Assembly (NCBI RefSeq): GCF_009914755.1
Contig: NC_060947.1
DNA length: 64,000 nt
Source: the human T2T-CHM13v2.0 reference genome, Homo sapiens
Strand: one strand, 5' to 3'
Shown here piece after piece: positions 13,446 through 31,231 of this stretch. Numbering within the stretch: position 1 is the stretch's first letter; every line of letters begins with the position of its first letter. The notes under the pieces are model-generated. The model worked only from the letters and a program-made list of their open reading frames with translations. It was not told the DNA's origin and searched no databases. Position numbers and translations under genes: made by a program.

Positions 13446-16024
13446 TAGGCCTTAGGAAGGAGCCCACATAGAGCTTTGGGGATGCTGCATTCTTGACCTG
13501 TGGCTGTAGGTGGGCAACTCCTCTTCATACCTTATAGCTCTTGGTAAATGAAGTGAATCACTGTATCTACCATGAATCTCCTTGGGAATGAGTTCAATGC
13601 GGGTATCAGAGGAAGCAAAGGGTGGGAAGGGGGTCTCAAAAGTCTAAATCTTAGTGTGGTCCCCTCCTTTGACCTACTCTCTCTGGGCTGAAGAAATGCC
13701 AGGATTGAGGGGGCAGCAGATTGTTAGATCTGTTTGTTCCATCTACTGAGGCCTCATAACATTTTTGGAGCCCTTGTTCAGTGACTCAGGTAATTCAGCC
13801 TGAGGGTACCTTTGCAGGGAGTTCCCCTATCTCTTATCCTGTGTTAGTACATGAGATTATTCCTCCTTCTTGTACCCCAGTTACATTAAGTGGGTCTTAT
13901 TCCCCAAATCCGTAGTCTCTGCCCCAATAAGTTGCCTGTACCCCATTTTAGCAAGAATAGAATCTTCCCTTTCTGCCAACAGAGCTTCTTGGCACTTTGG
14001 CCTTGCCTGGTTCCTGCTTGCAGACTCCTGTTCTGAGGCTCATGTTTGTACCTAGAATGATTTCATGTTCCTCCTCTCTCTTTGTCCCTCTATCAGAACC
14101 TGCTTTCACGATGGGAGATTTAAGAGGCTGATCCTCCCAAGAGGTTGGCATTTTAACTGATGCCAAAGCCCTGAGTCAAAAGAATTATATACTTAAAAAT
14201 TTTCAAGCCCTTGGGAGCGGATGGAGAGATTGGAAAGGCCAATGGAACATTCTTAATGCTCCTGGAATGCCACAAGGTGGACATAAAATTCAGGCTTCTG
14301 CCAAGACAGGACTTGGATTATTTTTGTTATAATCAGAATCCGTAATCTGCCCCCACCCCAGCACTCAGGGCTTTGATCAAAAGTCTTCCAGACAATGAAC
14401 CTCTATGATCCAAGTATCATTTTCTCAGAGCTCCTTAGAAGGAGGAGAGCTAAGAAACTTCATGAATTACCAAGGACCAAGCAAACAGGCGGTAGTGAAG
14501 TCAGAAACAAATTCCTCCCGAGACTAGTTTTGTCCTATAGCCTGAAAACAAATCCGGTCTCCACCAGACATAAGGTGGAATTCCTGTCTTGATTTTTTTT
14601 TTAGCACTGATATTAACATTTTTCTTCTCAAATCCTCTTCAGAACCAGCCCTTTTAGAACACAAATTAGAAGCTGTTTATTTTGTCAATCAGAGAAACTG
14701 AAGGCAGCCAGCCTTGGCCAAAGGAACATCTTATCCTTTGCCTTTGCTAAGGACAATGTTCCTTCTATTGTGCTCTGTGGAAATAAAAGGGCAAAATATG
14801 CTTGCCTTCTTTTATTCTTATTCATGGCTGAGGGTCATATGAAAGTTCAGAGAAGAGCACAGTTTTTAGTATGGGTCGTGGCAGGTTTTCCAGATGGCTT
14901 CCTAGCCAAGATATTTCTCCCGCTCACCTCCAAACAAGTTATGTACCCCTAAGAATGATTTGGTCTCAGTGTTAGGGGAAGAGGGTAGGTAGCAGGGCCT
15001 GGCTTTGTCATCCTGGGCTATTTTGAGGGGACTTCAGCAGTCCCCGACAGAAGGACAAGAGGGGCTGATTCTCCCTTTGTGAGCAGCCATTGGAGCTGCT
15101 TCAGGGACTGACAAGCCGGCCAGAGACAATGTCCTCTCTCAGGAAAGCAGTAAAAACATCAGAAATGCTCCTTTCCTGGGGAGCCCTTAGTTATTTTGGC
15201 CTCTCTTTCCATTAAAATAGGAAAGCATTGAAAGGGACCATTCGTGGGATAGCGTGGAGCCTCCCCATTGTGGCAGCATTTCTAACTGCGTTGAGAATTA
15301 ACCATATTGCTCTTCCTTTTTACCATGGAGGAGTTTCTAGATTTTTATTTATACCCTACCGCTTAAAACATCTTTCACTGTTTCAGCAAATTGCAGCATA
15401 AAAGATGGAGAAGCCAGCAGGGGCTGTGCTCACAATAATAGCTGTGGTTGCATTTAAGACATTCAAATGCCAAGGGTGCACTTCTCCCATTAAGTCCAAC
15501 ATAAGAAATCAGGTGTGCACAACATTGATGAACAGAAGACCCCAAAGGACAGGTGGAGTTTCTGGTATGCTGTGGTGGGGGCGGTGGGGTGGTGAGCTTG
15601 GGAAAGAACGAACAGGCATTTTCATTTTCCAAACTAAGAAGCAGTTTCGGGCGAAGGGGAGCCGTGGGGATGTCAGAAATTCTTCTAACGCCATGGACCT
15701 GCCCACACCTGAGTCAGATAAAGATGACCTTCCCTAGGCCCTGCTTTCCTCTCCCCCTCCCCAAAAGACAGCATGAGCATGAGTAAGCCGGGTACTTACA
15801 GGTGCAGAAGAATTTGGAACAGGAAAATGGAGCTTACAGGCTCCCGAATGCCTGCCGAGTCAGTTGCATCAGATTAGGAAGTGATGATCCTAAGAATAAG
15901 ATGTTTGGAAAATCTTGTCCCCCGAAAGCCCCCTGCTTTGTCTTCTCAGCCCACATCCAAACTCAGACCACCCCCAGGATGTCTCTCATCCTGCCAGACT
16001 GCCTGGTGCCTCCGTGCCCCTTAC

Positions 16025-16230
16025 CGTGAGGGTGCTGGCAGCCACACTGCTTCTTTGAGCCTGTGGCCCGGCAAGGTAGTCAGGCTCATGGGATTAGGTT
16101 GGCAGGAGCGACTGTCCTCTAAACGATTAGCCCAGAGAAAGAGAGAGAGAGAGAGCAAGCAAACCCGAAAACGGGTCCAGGGTAGAGAGCTCCAGGTCCT
16201 TAGCATGTTCCTGGCGTATTCCAAAAGTGG
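16025..16230 (-). other. AMMECR1: Candidate minus-strand first exon / distal promoter (AMMECR1 long isoform); alternative donor at 15800
   Basis: Repeat-free, CpG-retaining region ~15000-16400. Minus-strand donors ACG|gtaagg (exon end 16025) and CCT|gtaagt (exon end 15800). Start site uncertain. Confidence 0.4.
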
Positions 16231-17427
16231 CATCCACAGCAGAGAAAGTGTCCCAAAATAGCTCAGGCTGCCAATGCCTTGCTGAAACCTGAGAAAGAAT
16301 TGCTGAATTTAAAGATCTGGGTCGCTGTGGGTGTGTGATCAAAGTGCAGATTTGTTGGTAGGAGGAACTCAAGCCATGAGCTTAGGAGTGACATGAGGTC
16401 ACTTGGGTCACGGCCTGCCTTCTTGTTTCCAACTTGCTGAAGTTGGTGGCAGTGTCAGAGAGCTCCTCTGTGGTGAGGCAGGGGTTTGGAAAGAGGTCCT
16501 AAGGATGCTGTTTTCATGCCCAGGTCTCTGATGCGCTAACAATATGAAATAGCAGTGCCCTGTTTTCTGCATTTCAAACAAAGGAACTGATACTATGCAA
16601 AGGTTTCTTTAGGTTATTGCTCCATGTCTGATGAAATTCCCTTTTCAGTAGATTTTTCATTTCTTTTGGCCTTTGGCATAAGTAAATGTCAGCTTCTTAA
16701 AAATCAACAGAGAAGAGCAAACAGTAGGGTCTCTGTGATTTTCTTGGGATTTGAGAAATCTTCCCTCCCTAGCTTCTAACTGGATCATGTCTGTACATTG
16801 CTGCCTGTGGTCCTGGAAAGGACGAGGTCCACCCAGACATGCTGTCTCATTTTTATATTTGCTGAGATCTTGGGACACTCTCCTTTCATCAGGTATGTCA
16901 AAAACCTTAGGATTGTCTGCAGAGAGTGTGGTTCAGTATGTGGAAAGGTCAGCATATGTCATTCTTGGACTGGCCCTGGGGTTTAAGAAGAAAAAGCCCA
17001 GAATTTGGTTTCCAATTCCAGCTCTGCCTGTCTTTTGCTGTATGAATTTGGGCAAGTCACTTCTCTTCTCTGGACCTCAGTTTCCTCTTCTGTAAACTGA
17101 AGACAATAATCTTCATTCTAATTCTAACCCAAATGTTGTAAAGAGTAACTCAGAGAGTTGAAAGAATGCTATAAAGGGCAGGGTTTGGCACTCTCAGTAA
17201 GTGGTGACATTTTTCAGTTCTTCAAAGGTCCCTGATTGGTAGCCACTACCTGCATCCACATGCCTATGGCGAGCCCAAGACATCCCACAGTACTAGGCAC
17301 TATGAGCTTCATGTCTAGGAGTCTAAATAGTTTCCACTTTCAGTTGTGGGAATTTTGGCAAGTAGCTCAATGCTTAGTAGCTCAGTTTTCCCATCTGTCA
17401 AGTGGGTATACAAACTAATAATAATAC

Positions 17428-17710
17428 AGGTCCACAATCCCTTATCTGAAACTGTTGGAGCTAGACATGTTTTACAGTTCAAAATATTTGGATTTTAGAA
17501 AAGCAATGTGGTAGATATAACATATATATCACACCTTAATGAGATCCAAGATAATACCCAGTGATCAAACTCACTAATATTTCTAAATGGGATAAATGAA
17601 TAGCCTCATGTCAATTCAGGCCCAGTTTTGCCACCAAATGAGCTTGCCACAGAATTTCAGTTTTCAGAAGCTTTGGGATATCAGAGAGGCACATAGGAAA
17701 TTGTGGACAA
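17428..17710. mobile_element. TcMar-Tigger-type MITE
   Basis: TA|caggtccacaatcccttatc ... ataggaaattgtggac inverted termini. Confidence 0.6.
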
Positions 17711-17719
17711 TGAAGGAAG

Positions 17720-17950
17720 TTAATACTTATTTCGTGCATGTAATGTACCAGGCATTGTTCTAAGTATACATTAACTCATTTAAGTGGCCCAATAAGCCTG
17801 TGAGGTAAGCAGTATTATTATTATCATCCCCATTTCATAGATGAGAAAACTGAGATTCAGAAGTTAAATCACTTGCCCAGGGTCCCAAAGCCAGTTAGGA
17901 GCAATGCTGGGATTCCAACCCACACAGTTCAGCTCTTATCCACCTTCTCT
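17720..17950 (-). mobile_element. MIR SINE
   Basis: cccatttcatagatgagaaaactgag...cacttgcccagggtc. Confidence 0.85.
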
Positions 17951-17964
17951 GCCTAACCCATGGG

Positions 17965-18125
17965 GTTAAATTGAGGCTTTAAATGCCTACAGGGACTGAG
18001 CAGGTCGCTGAAAAAGTAAAGGTGGCCTTATGGGTACTGAGGCAAACTGGTGAGCACGTGCCTCACCTACAGGGAGCAGGTTGTTGAGCTCTGGCTGATT
18101 GTTGCTATATTGGAATTTGGATCGA

Positions 18126-18200
<75 letters not shown>

Positions 18201-18352
18201 CAGAAAAGCCAGAAATCCAGCTTTCTATCTGAAATTTCCTGACTTTTAAATGTTGGCAATTAATTTTAAAAAATGTTTAAAACGTTGTACGGGTCAAATA
18301 AACTCTGTCTGCAGTCTGAATTTAGCCTGTGGCTGCCAGTTTGCAAGCTCTG
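17965..18352. mobile_element. MER102-like hAT-Charlie element with internal (CT)n(GT)n microsatellite (18132-18198)
   Basis: aaatgcctacaggg... and ...gcctgtggctgccagtttgcaagctctg ends; compound microsatellite seen directly. Confidence 0.6.
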
Positions 18353-19172
18353 CAATGAGTAAATAGATGTGAAAGTGCTTTGGAAACTTAAAAACGTGCT
18401 CTAGAAACAGAAGAGTCTAATTTTAGGGTTATATCTTGTTTTTTCCTTGACTGTGGTCTAGTTTTTTAAAAACTTGTATTCCCGACCTGATGGAGATGAA
18501 AAGTCAGAATTAAATAGAGACTTCAGTGAACTTGAGTACTTCATTCCTTTGGCAGGCTGGATAAATGAGAAGCCTAGGTGTACTGGATGGACTAAGCCTC
18601 AGAATTCTTGCCACACCCACAAGCCCCTTCTAAGGAGTTTCCATCCACAGACCCTAGCTGAGGGAAGTAGCAGTTTCTTATGAATAGGTGACTATTCTTG
18701 GTACCACGTGACCCTGCTTCCCCCAGCAATAGCCACTTGAGCCAGGAGAGGGCATCTGATCCATGAGCAGTCACTCTATAGGCTGGCAAACAGCCTATGA
18801 AGGAACCTGGGATGAGAACTTTGCCCAGCAAGTACAGTTACTGAATTTGGACCAATGAGAGTTTCTCTCTTGGGGAGTTTGAATACCAGACCTAGAAAGA
18901 GTGAGCAATTGGCAACAGGGGCAGAAGCTGAACACAGAGAAGGCAGGCAGCAGGGACCCCGGATAAGCAGGACCAGGAGAGATTACTGAACTTCAACTAT
19001 GTGCCAGATTCTTTACACGTTGTTTTGTTTAAAACATTCAAAGAACATGCGAGGTAGGTACTGTTATTATGCCTGTTTTACAGATGAGGAAACTGAGGTG
19101 AACTAACTTGAAGTATTGAGGTTCAAGCCCAGGCCTGTTTGAAGTTAAAATGAGAGTGTAGGAACCCCAAAG

Positions 19173-19368
19173 CCAGTGGTTCTGAAACTCTAGTGTTTCA
19201 GAATCACTTGGGTTAAATGCAGGTTCCTTGGCGTCACCCCAGACCTATATTGAATCTGACTCTTTGTGGGTAGAGTCTCCCTCCCCCTACAAATCTGTGT
19301 TTTAGCAGTTTTCCCAGGGAGCACTTGATGCAGGGTTTCCCCACCACACTTTTATTTTGAGAAATGCA
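19173..19368. mobile_element. MER5-family MITE
   Basis: ccagtggttctgaaactctagtgtttcagaatcacttgg...ttttgagaaa. Confidence 0.65.
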
Positions 19369-21062
19369 GTTTCAGAGGGTATGGCAAGTACTGTGTACTG
19401 TGCTACCTTTACCTACACAACCAAGGTCAATGTCAACAGATGTGGTCAAATTCCAATTTAAAGTCTTTTGGAAATGGGGCCAATTATGTAAAGAAGAGGG
19501 CATTAGTTTGTTCTCTTCTCTCATCAAGGAAGTCTACATTATTACCAGTTATTTGAGAGAACAGAAGATTGGGATGAATGCTTAGTAGTTGTAAACACGA
19601 TCGGATCTGCACTTCAGGGTGGGTGCAAAGCTAGCATATGTTCACTAAGCATTTTCCATGAGGTGCGTAAACTGTAGAAACTCAGTGCTCTGGCAACAAA
19701 GAACATGAGAGAAAATTACCAAATGCAGATAGACATATTGTAAACCGTGGAGCTTAAAATGTAAACCTACTTGCTAGGCTGATCATAGAGGTTCTTCTCA
19801 GCCCCAGAGAATTTGTGTAAGAATCCTGTCCATGCCTTTATTTACACCATTGATTAAAAATGCTAATCAGGAGAGGATCAAGGCTATGGACCTCCTTCTA
19901 GGTTGTTGCAGAACTCCCACTCTGGCAATGGTATTCAGCTGGTTTTGAATTTTTCTGCTTTAAGAACTATCCCTGGGAAGACTAGTGGTCTGAAGTTTGC
20001 TTGGAGAGTCTCAAGCCGGAAACTGATTTGTGGTCCAAATGCTTAATGGCATCAGACACTTATTCCTACAAGAGAGGCATGTGGTCCAAGGGGTGGCACA
20101 GGTCAAATGTGATGGCCAAGTCCCGCCTCAGCAGGGCTTGAATCCGCACTTGGCAACTTTTATTTCTCTCTGTCCATTCCTGTGGATACTTTATCTGTGT
20201 TAATGTCCTCATTTAGGCTAAGGTCAAACTCTGTTCTTCTCTCTTCTGGCCAGAAAGACTTCCTGTTTTACAGGTATATGATCTTATCTGTGTTGATACC
20301 TTAACTGTGAGTGATTCCCTAAAGCAGGTCCTTGGACAAGTGCCCATCCTCCAGGAAAATTGCAGCAGTCCACCGTGCAATGAGAAAGCCTGAGGACTAG
20401 GTAGTAAATGTTTCGCAGAGAAGAGAAATCTATTTCATGTATTATTCTTTATTCTGAGGTTATTTCCTTCTCTTTTGGTGTTGAAAGGAAGCCCCTTCTT
20501 TTTAGAAAATGATGATTTGTGGTTGTTCTGTTTCTTAATGATTTTACTTGGGAAAATAAAAATCTGGAAGTTCAATATCAGTCCCTGAAATTTTGGGTTG
20601 CATTAGCTGCAAGTCTGGGAACCTGGTCTAATTTTGAGTGTTCTGCTAGTACCTCTAGGTACCTCCTATTGCCACTTGTGTTCTAAGTGCTTATAAATTA
20701 CCTGCTTCGCAATCTGCAGCAGAATCTCTCCGAGGATTGACATCAAGCTTACAGCTTTGGAGTTTACGGTATACTGGTCTGTAGTTTCCTTATTTAAGAA
20801 AATTGGGACACTGCCCATTTGCAGTCCTCTGGTATCCCTCCTGTTCTCTCTGATTCCACAGATCCTTCAGACCGGCACCTAATGCAAGGCAGTTCCGTTT
20901 GCTCTTCTTATAATGTTCTTTTCCCTATAGAGTTGGACATGCATATACATGTTGTTTGGGGAATTTGCAGCACATCCAATGAAAGCATAATTCCCAACTA
21001 ACAGTCAAATCCTTTTCTTTGGAGCTACCCAGAACACACCTACCCTCTCTTCCATATGACAG

Positions 21063-21178
21063 CCCTTCAGAGACTTGAAGACAGTGTGTGACTCTCCTGT
21101 GAGTTAAGAGCACTGGCTGAGTCAGACAGACCCGAGTGACAAGCCCAGCTTCGCTCCCTCTCAGCGGTGAGAGCCAAG
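21063..21178 (+). other. RTL9: Candidate RTL9 internal 5'UTR exon (116 nt), 3' half MIR-derived
   Basis: Acceptor ccctctcttccatatgacag| at 21062; perfect donor AAG|GTAAGT at 21178/21179; no ATG inside. Confidence 0.6.
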
Positions 21179-21345
21179 GTAAGTTACTTCATTTTAATTT
21201 CTCTCTAGTTCAGTTCTTTAGCTGATTTAGAAAATGGGAGTAAAAAAGCCACTTTGTTTGTTTATCGTTCAATAAATAAGATGAGGTATGTAAAGTGTTT
21301 AACATAGTGCCTGGAATAGTAAGCACTCAGTAAATGCTAGCTATT
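21102..21345 (+). mobile_element. MIR SINE supplying the donor of the candidate RTL9 UTR exon
   Basis: gttaagagcactggctgagtcagacagacc...aagttactt...gtaaagtgtttaacatagtgcctgg...cactcagtaaatgctagctatt. Confidence 0.8.
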
Positions 21346-22779
21346 TCCCCCTCTTTATTTATAAAGAGCCGGTGCGCATTTTAAGTGTCAGGGCTGTGGG
21401 GGAGGAAGGAAGTGGGGAGGGCTTCTACTTCCCTGAATGATCAAGGAAGGAAGAAGATCCTAAAGTAGACCAGGTATTTCTTTAGCCTTAGGTTGTCTGT
21501 TTTCAGTTATCTGGATGCCTATTTGCTAGGACTTGGGGAAAGAATATTGTTGAGAATCTAGGGAAAGGCTTATTTTCAACAGCTGGAAAGCTATTTGTTG
21601 ACATATTGAACCGTCTCTTGTTTATTCTTATTTCCCTGAGCAGCTAGCCATGCAATCCCCTAAACTCAATTACCTTTTGTGAGGCGGCAGGAGCATGACA
21701 CCTCCTAGCCGTATTGATCAGTGCAGACTGGGTGGGACGTGAGGGACCTGAGAGATGCTAAGCGGTAAATTCTGGGCTTTTCCTTCCTTAGAAGGCCTCT
21801 CTTCTCTGTGTTCCTAGAGACTCTGGCTTTAATAGAACGGAAGTCTATGCCTCACATGGGCTGAGCATGCAAGAACCCTCTCTCAGTAGCCTCCTTAGAA
21901 GCAGGCTGATGAAAATAGTCACAATGGGTCAGAACTTGGAACCCTGGGGTGACCAGTGCTAGCATGGTTTTCTAACTGCAGCTCTTTGCACACACTGGGT
22001 TTTGCAAGCAATTGAATGATATGAACTCTGAATGCCATTGCAGCTAGAGAAAGTTTGGAAGGAGACACACCCAACTGTGAACAGACAGAGGAATGGGACT
22101 TGCGGGGAATGGGGGGTGGGGCATTTTCAGGAGTTTAGCTTTGTCTGTACGGAGGATTTCAAGTCTTTATCCTAAGAATATATTCCTAGATTACTTATGG
22201 AATTACTAAACATAAATAAAAGTTAGAGAAAGAAGAAATTATTTTTAAAAACAAACCAAAAATAAAACACAAAATAAAGTGGTACAACCATTAAGCTTGT
22301 CGGGGTAGAAAGATTGCTTGGGTCGGGGGGTGGATGTCCGGGATTCCTAGAGAGAGCTTGCAAGGAGAGGAGTGAAAAGGGCTTGAGAAAGAACCCTAGG
22401 GAAACATATCTTTAAAAAAAATAAAATTAACTTTTATTAGTTTTTTTCTTTTCGTATTATGGGTCCATTATAGACCAATGAGAAAATACAGATAAGGAAA
22501 ATGAAAATTAAAAATCCCCTCTAATCCCATCATTCAACTGTGGTCACTGTTGGCGTTTTGGTATATATCCTTCCAGATTTTTTTTCTATGCAGAAATCTA
22601 CATATTTATCTTTATGATAATCAGATCCTCATGTACACATTAGAATATATTTTCAATGGCTACAATAGTGGCTGCTACAATTGCACCATGATTCGTTTAA
22701 TCATTAAACAAGTTGTGTTCTAACATTAGACACTTAGGTTATTTCCAAAATTGTTGCATTAGAAATAAACAACAGTGCC

Positions 22780-23660
22780 CTGTAGCTGTGTGACATTGGG
22801 AAAGCTAGTTAACCTCTCTGTTCCTCTGTTCTCATCTGGAAAATGAAGGTGCTAATAGAACCTACCTCGTAGTATGTTGTGAGTGTCAAATGAGATCATA
22901 TAGGTAAAGCACTTAGCACAGGGCCTGGCACAGTAAACGTTAGCTTTAATTGTTAGGTGTGTTAATAATAATAATAGTAGTTGTTGTGAGGCCATTGTTA
23001 ATAGAATGGCTATTCTGTGACTTTTTTTTTTTTTTTTTTTTTTTTGCTTTGAAGGGAGAGGAGAGCGACTGGAATTTTTCTTTTGAGTAGTATGCTATAG
23101 TGAGCTCTGGAGTCACACAGAGCTGTGTGCCTTTGGTCATGTCAATTCATCTCATGGAGGCTCAGTTTCCTTACCTGTATACTGAGAATTTAAAGGACCT
23201 AGCTCACAGGGTAATTGTCAAGATCAAATGAGATAATGCTGGTGAAGCCCTCAGCCCCATTCTTGGCATATGGGAAGAGTTCAAGCAATATCAGTTGTTG
23301 TTGTTATTATTACTACAAGGATTCAGCCATTTGTAGTAAGAAAGTTTCCTTGCTTTGTGGTGTGGGGATGTAGGGGAGATGGCAGTGAGAAGAGTACTCC
23401 GAGTTTCTAATCACTTGTCTGATTACAAAGAGATAAAAATATTTTGGAAACAGAATGGCCAGGGCTGAAATCTGGGATTTAAAAAAAATTATTATTATTA
23501 TTTTATGTGACCGTGGTCACATAGACTTCTCCAAGCCCATTTCCTCATGTATAAAATGGGAATGATCTCAGTGCCTACCTTACAGGTGTTGCTGGGAGGT
23601 CGGAATTATATAATGCATATGTAGTGCTTAGCCCAAGTGCTCAGTTGTTGTTGGTCGTTA
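22780..23660 (+). mobile_element. Cluster of three MIR fragments
   Basis: Repeated MIR cores at ~22780-22945, ~23100-23300 and ~23500-23660. Confidence 0.75.
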
Positions 23661-24489
23661 ATTATGAGGTTTATAACGACCTGAATGCCTCCCTTGTCAA
23701 ACTCTACATCCCTATACCTAGGCTACTTGAACTTCACCTGGAGGCTTTGCCCTATCCAAGGCTCAGGGACCAATTCTCCCCTTAGACTGAGGGTTTCTCC
23801 CCTTAGACTGAGTGCACCAGTTCAGGAAAACTGGAGTACTCTGGTAAACCTTTCTGCTAGCTCTACTCTGACCTTGTGCCCCAGTTCTAGAAAGCAGGCT
23901 GTAGCCATGTTTGTATGAACAAGCCCTCAGCTGGTATGCTCAAGGCTGGTGTGCTTTTCTTGCTAGCTGTCTGAAATCCATGGAGCCTTTCTGTTGAATC
24001 CTAGCCCTATGGCAGGGATACCGGTCGCTGGATTTTTCTCCGTGTCTGTGACCCTGGGGTAAATTGTCTTCGTTATGATCACCATTACAGGGCTCTATTA
24101 AGGTGTTTGCTTGCCAGCCCCCACTGTCCATCCTCCCAAACCCTCTTTCCCTGCACCTGAACCTCTTTGAACGTTTCTGATGCTGCTCCACTCAATCTCC
24201 AGCCTCAGTTTCTTTCCCTCGAGCCCTCTGCCTGTGCTTCCATGTCATATCAGTTGCAGTGCCTGGGTCCCAGGACTCCTGTGTCTGTTCAACTGCAGAG
24301 GGCACGTATCTTGTTTCCTGAGCCAGGACCCTTTTCATCTCATCTTTTTAATTGTGTCAATCTCCTCTTTTCTTTGGGCAGAGTGGGGTGGGGCATAGGC
24401 TGGTGGGACTGTTGGGGGCGACAGGGAAGAGGGGTGGAGTTGCATAGGCCAAGTGCTAAGGCGGAGCTTCTGGAGGACTGTCAAGTGAA

Positions 24490-24720
24490 AGGCGGCCAGA
24501 GGCAAATGTCAGAGCCTATATAGAGGCAGGAATCTGGGACCAGAGAGACAGAGCAAGCAGTAGCAAGTCAGGAGCAGTGGGGCGGGTGGGCGGGCAGGCT
24601 GGCTGGCGGGCAGGGGGGCGTGGCAGGGGATAGCAAAGGGAGATTGCAGAGAACAGCTGTTGGTACTGGGTCTTACTTTAATGAACTGGCTGGGCACGAG
24701 GTATAAGTTAATTGGCCAGA
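24490..24720 (+). promoter_or_regulatory. Candidate proximal RTL9 promoter
   Basis: TATATA 24517-24522; Sp/KLF boxes GGGGCGGG, GGGCGGG and GGGGCGTGGC at 24579-24623; TATAAG 24702; ATTGG 24711; locally retained CpGs; strong donor just downstream. Confidence 0.6.
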
Positions 24721-24776
24721 GTGAAAGAGCTAGGGGCGCAAAGGATACTCTCTCCCTCTTCTCCGTCACTGGCAAG
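24550..24776 (+). other. RTL9: Candidate alternative first exon of RTL9 (start uncertain)
   Basis: Near-consensus donor AAG|GTAAGA at 24776/24777, downstream of promoter motifs and 1.7 kb upstream of the coding-exon acceptor. Confidence 0.55.
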
Positions 24777-26437
24777 GTAAGATCTTTCTGGGTTTTGCCT
24801 GGTGGGAAACTGTGGCATGTTCAGATATTTTTCTGAAGATGGGAGGTGGAGGTCTATGGCTGCTTTTTTGACTCATCTTTCCCATTGCACCAATTATTAC
24901 AATTATTACAATAACCAGGGTGTCAGCAGGAGGCCAGCATTTCTTTTATGACAACCCATCTTGGGGTTGTCCAGGCTGGAGACAGAGGCAGGGGTCTCGG
25001 TAGTGTGACTGAGTAAGGGGGAGAGGTGGATCTTTATAGCACCTTGGTGAAGAGTAGGGGGCTCTGGAACTGGATGGACCCAGGAATCTATGTGACCGCA
25101 GGCAAACTATTAAGCTTCTCTGGGTCTGAATTTTCTCATTTGTAAGATAAAGGAAGAGTACAACCGAAATCTCTTAGTGTTGCTATGGGAACCACATGAG
25201 ATGATACATGTAAAGTGCCTAGCAGAGTGTTTGCCAGTCAGTGCATGCTAAAGAAATGTTCACTGTTAGCGTTTCTGTTGCAGGTTTTCTCATTATTATG
25301 GAATCACAATTCCATGAGGTTGATGACTTTTGTGACATTGTCCCAAAGTAGCAAGTTTTCTGCTTTTGGCATGGGCAGGCTGTGGGGACATGTCAACATT
25401 GTGTAATATTTGCATTGGCTTCCAAGCCGTGTGTCCAAAAGCCCCTTCTGGGCTGCTTATTGGAGCAGGCTGGAGGGGTGAGGCTCTGGATTGCCCACCC
25501 CCATGGCATCAGAGAAACTTGAAACTTGGACATGCCAGACACTGGGCTTTAAGTGACCCATGATCTGGGATGTCAGAGAAATAATTGAATGCAAGCTCAG
25601 GGATGCCAAACACTAGGCAACCCCCAGGAGGGGGTCAGAGTCAATGCTATACAGTTTGTTACTGTTGCAGTGACCCTATTTTAGCCTTGACCCTGGCTAA
25701 TCTGAGAAAGCTTGTAAAATGGGGATAATAATATCTATTGCCCAGGAGATTGTAAGACCCAAATGGGATAATGCTTACAAAGGCCCTCACGTTATAGGAA
25801 GTTGTGACAGTTGTCTAAAGTACAGTGCCTGGCACATACTACGTGAAGCAATAAATAAATAGTAGTAATGGGGTGGTGGTTGCTGTTATTAATAAGAATA
25901 ATGAAAATAATAAGCAGAATTTTCAGTTCATGGAATGTTGCTCTCAGTCATTGATTAGATAAATGTCTCCCTTTTCCTGAGAACATTCAGGGCCATCAGA
26001 GTAGTAAAATGAGGATTAAACCACTGGCAGAATTCAATGAGCCCCAGGAACTAATAATTATCCTGGGGCAAAGGACTTTCCCATTCAGGCTTGCCAGTAC
26101 CTTGGCTGGCTTGTGAGTACTGCCGTGGGATAGAATACAGGCCAGGAATCCGCATTTCTCACATTTGGCCAGAAGGTGGTGCTGCTGCTTTATTTGAGTC
26201 AGGACTGCCCAGGCTCCTGGCTGCGGAGGCTGCTGGCGTTTATAGCATTTACAAACTGAGAGGCTGGGTTGGTTTGAAAAGGATAGAGGCAGAAGGGACA
26301 TTTGCTCCAGCTCCAAAGTTGTTCATTGCTTCACAGCTTCTTTAATCTGATAGCCTCACCTTCAATGCCATATACCTGACAACGCATAAAAACAGGTCTC
26401 CACCATGAACAATTTGTCTGTTTCCAAATCTTCTTGA

Positions 26438-31231
<4,794 letters not shown>

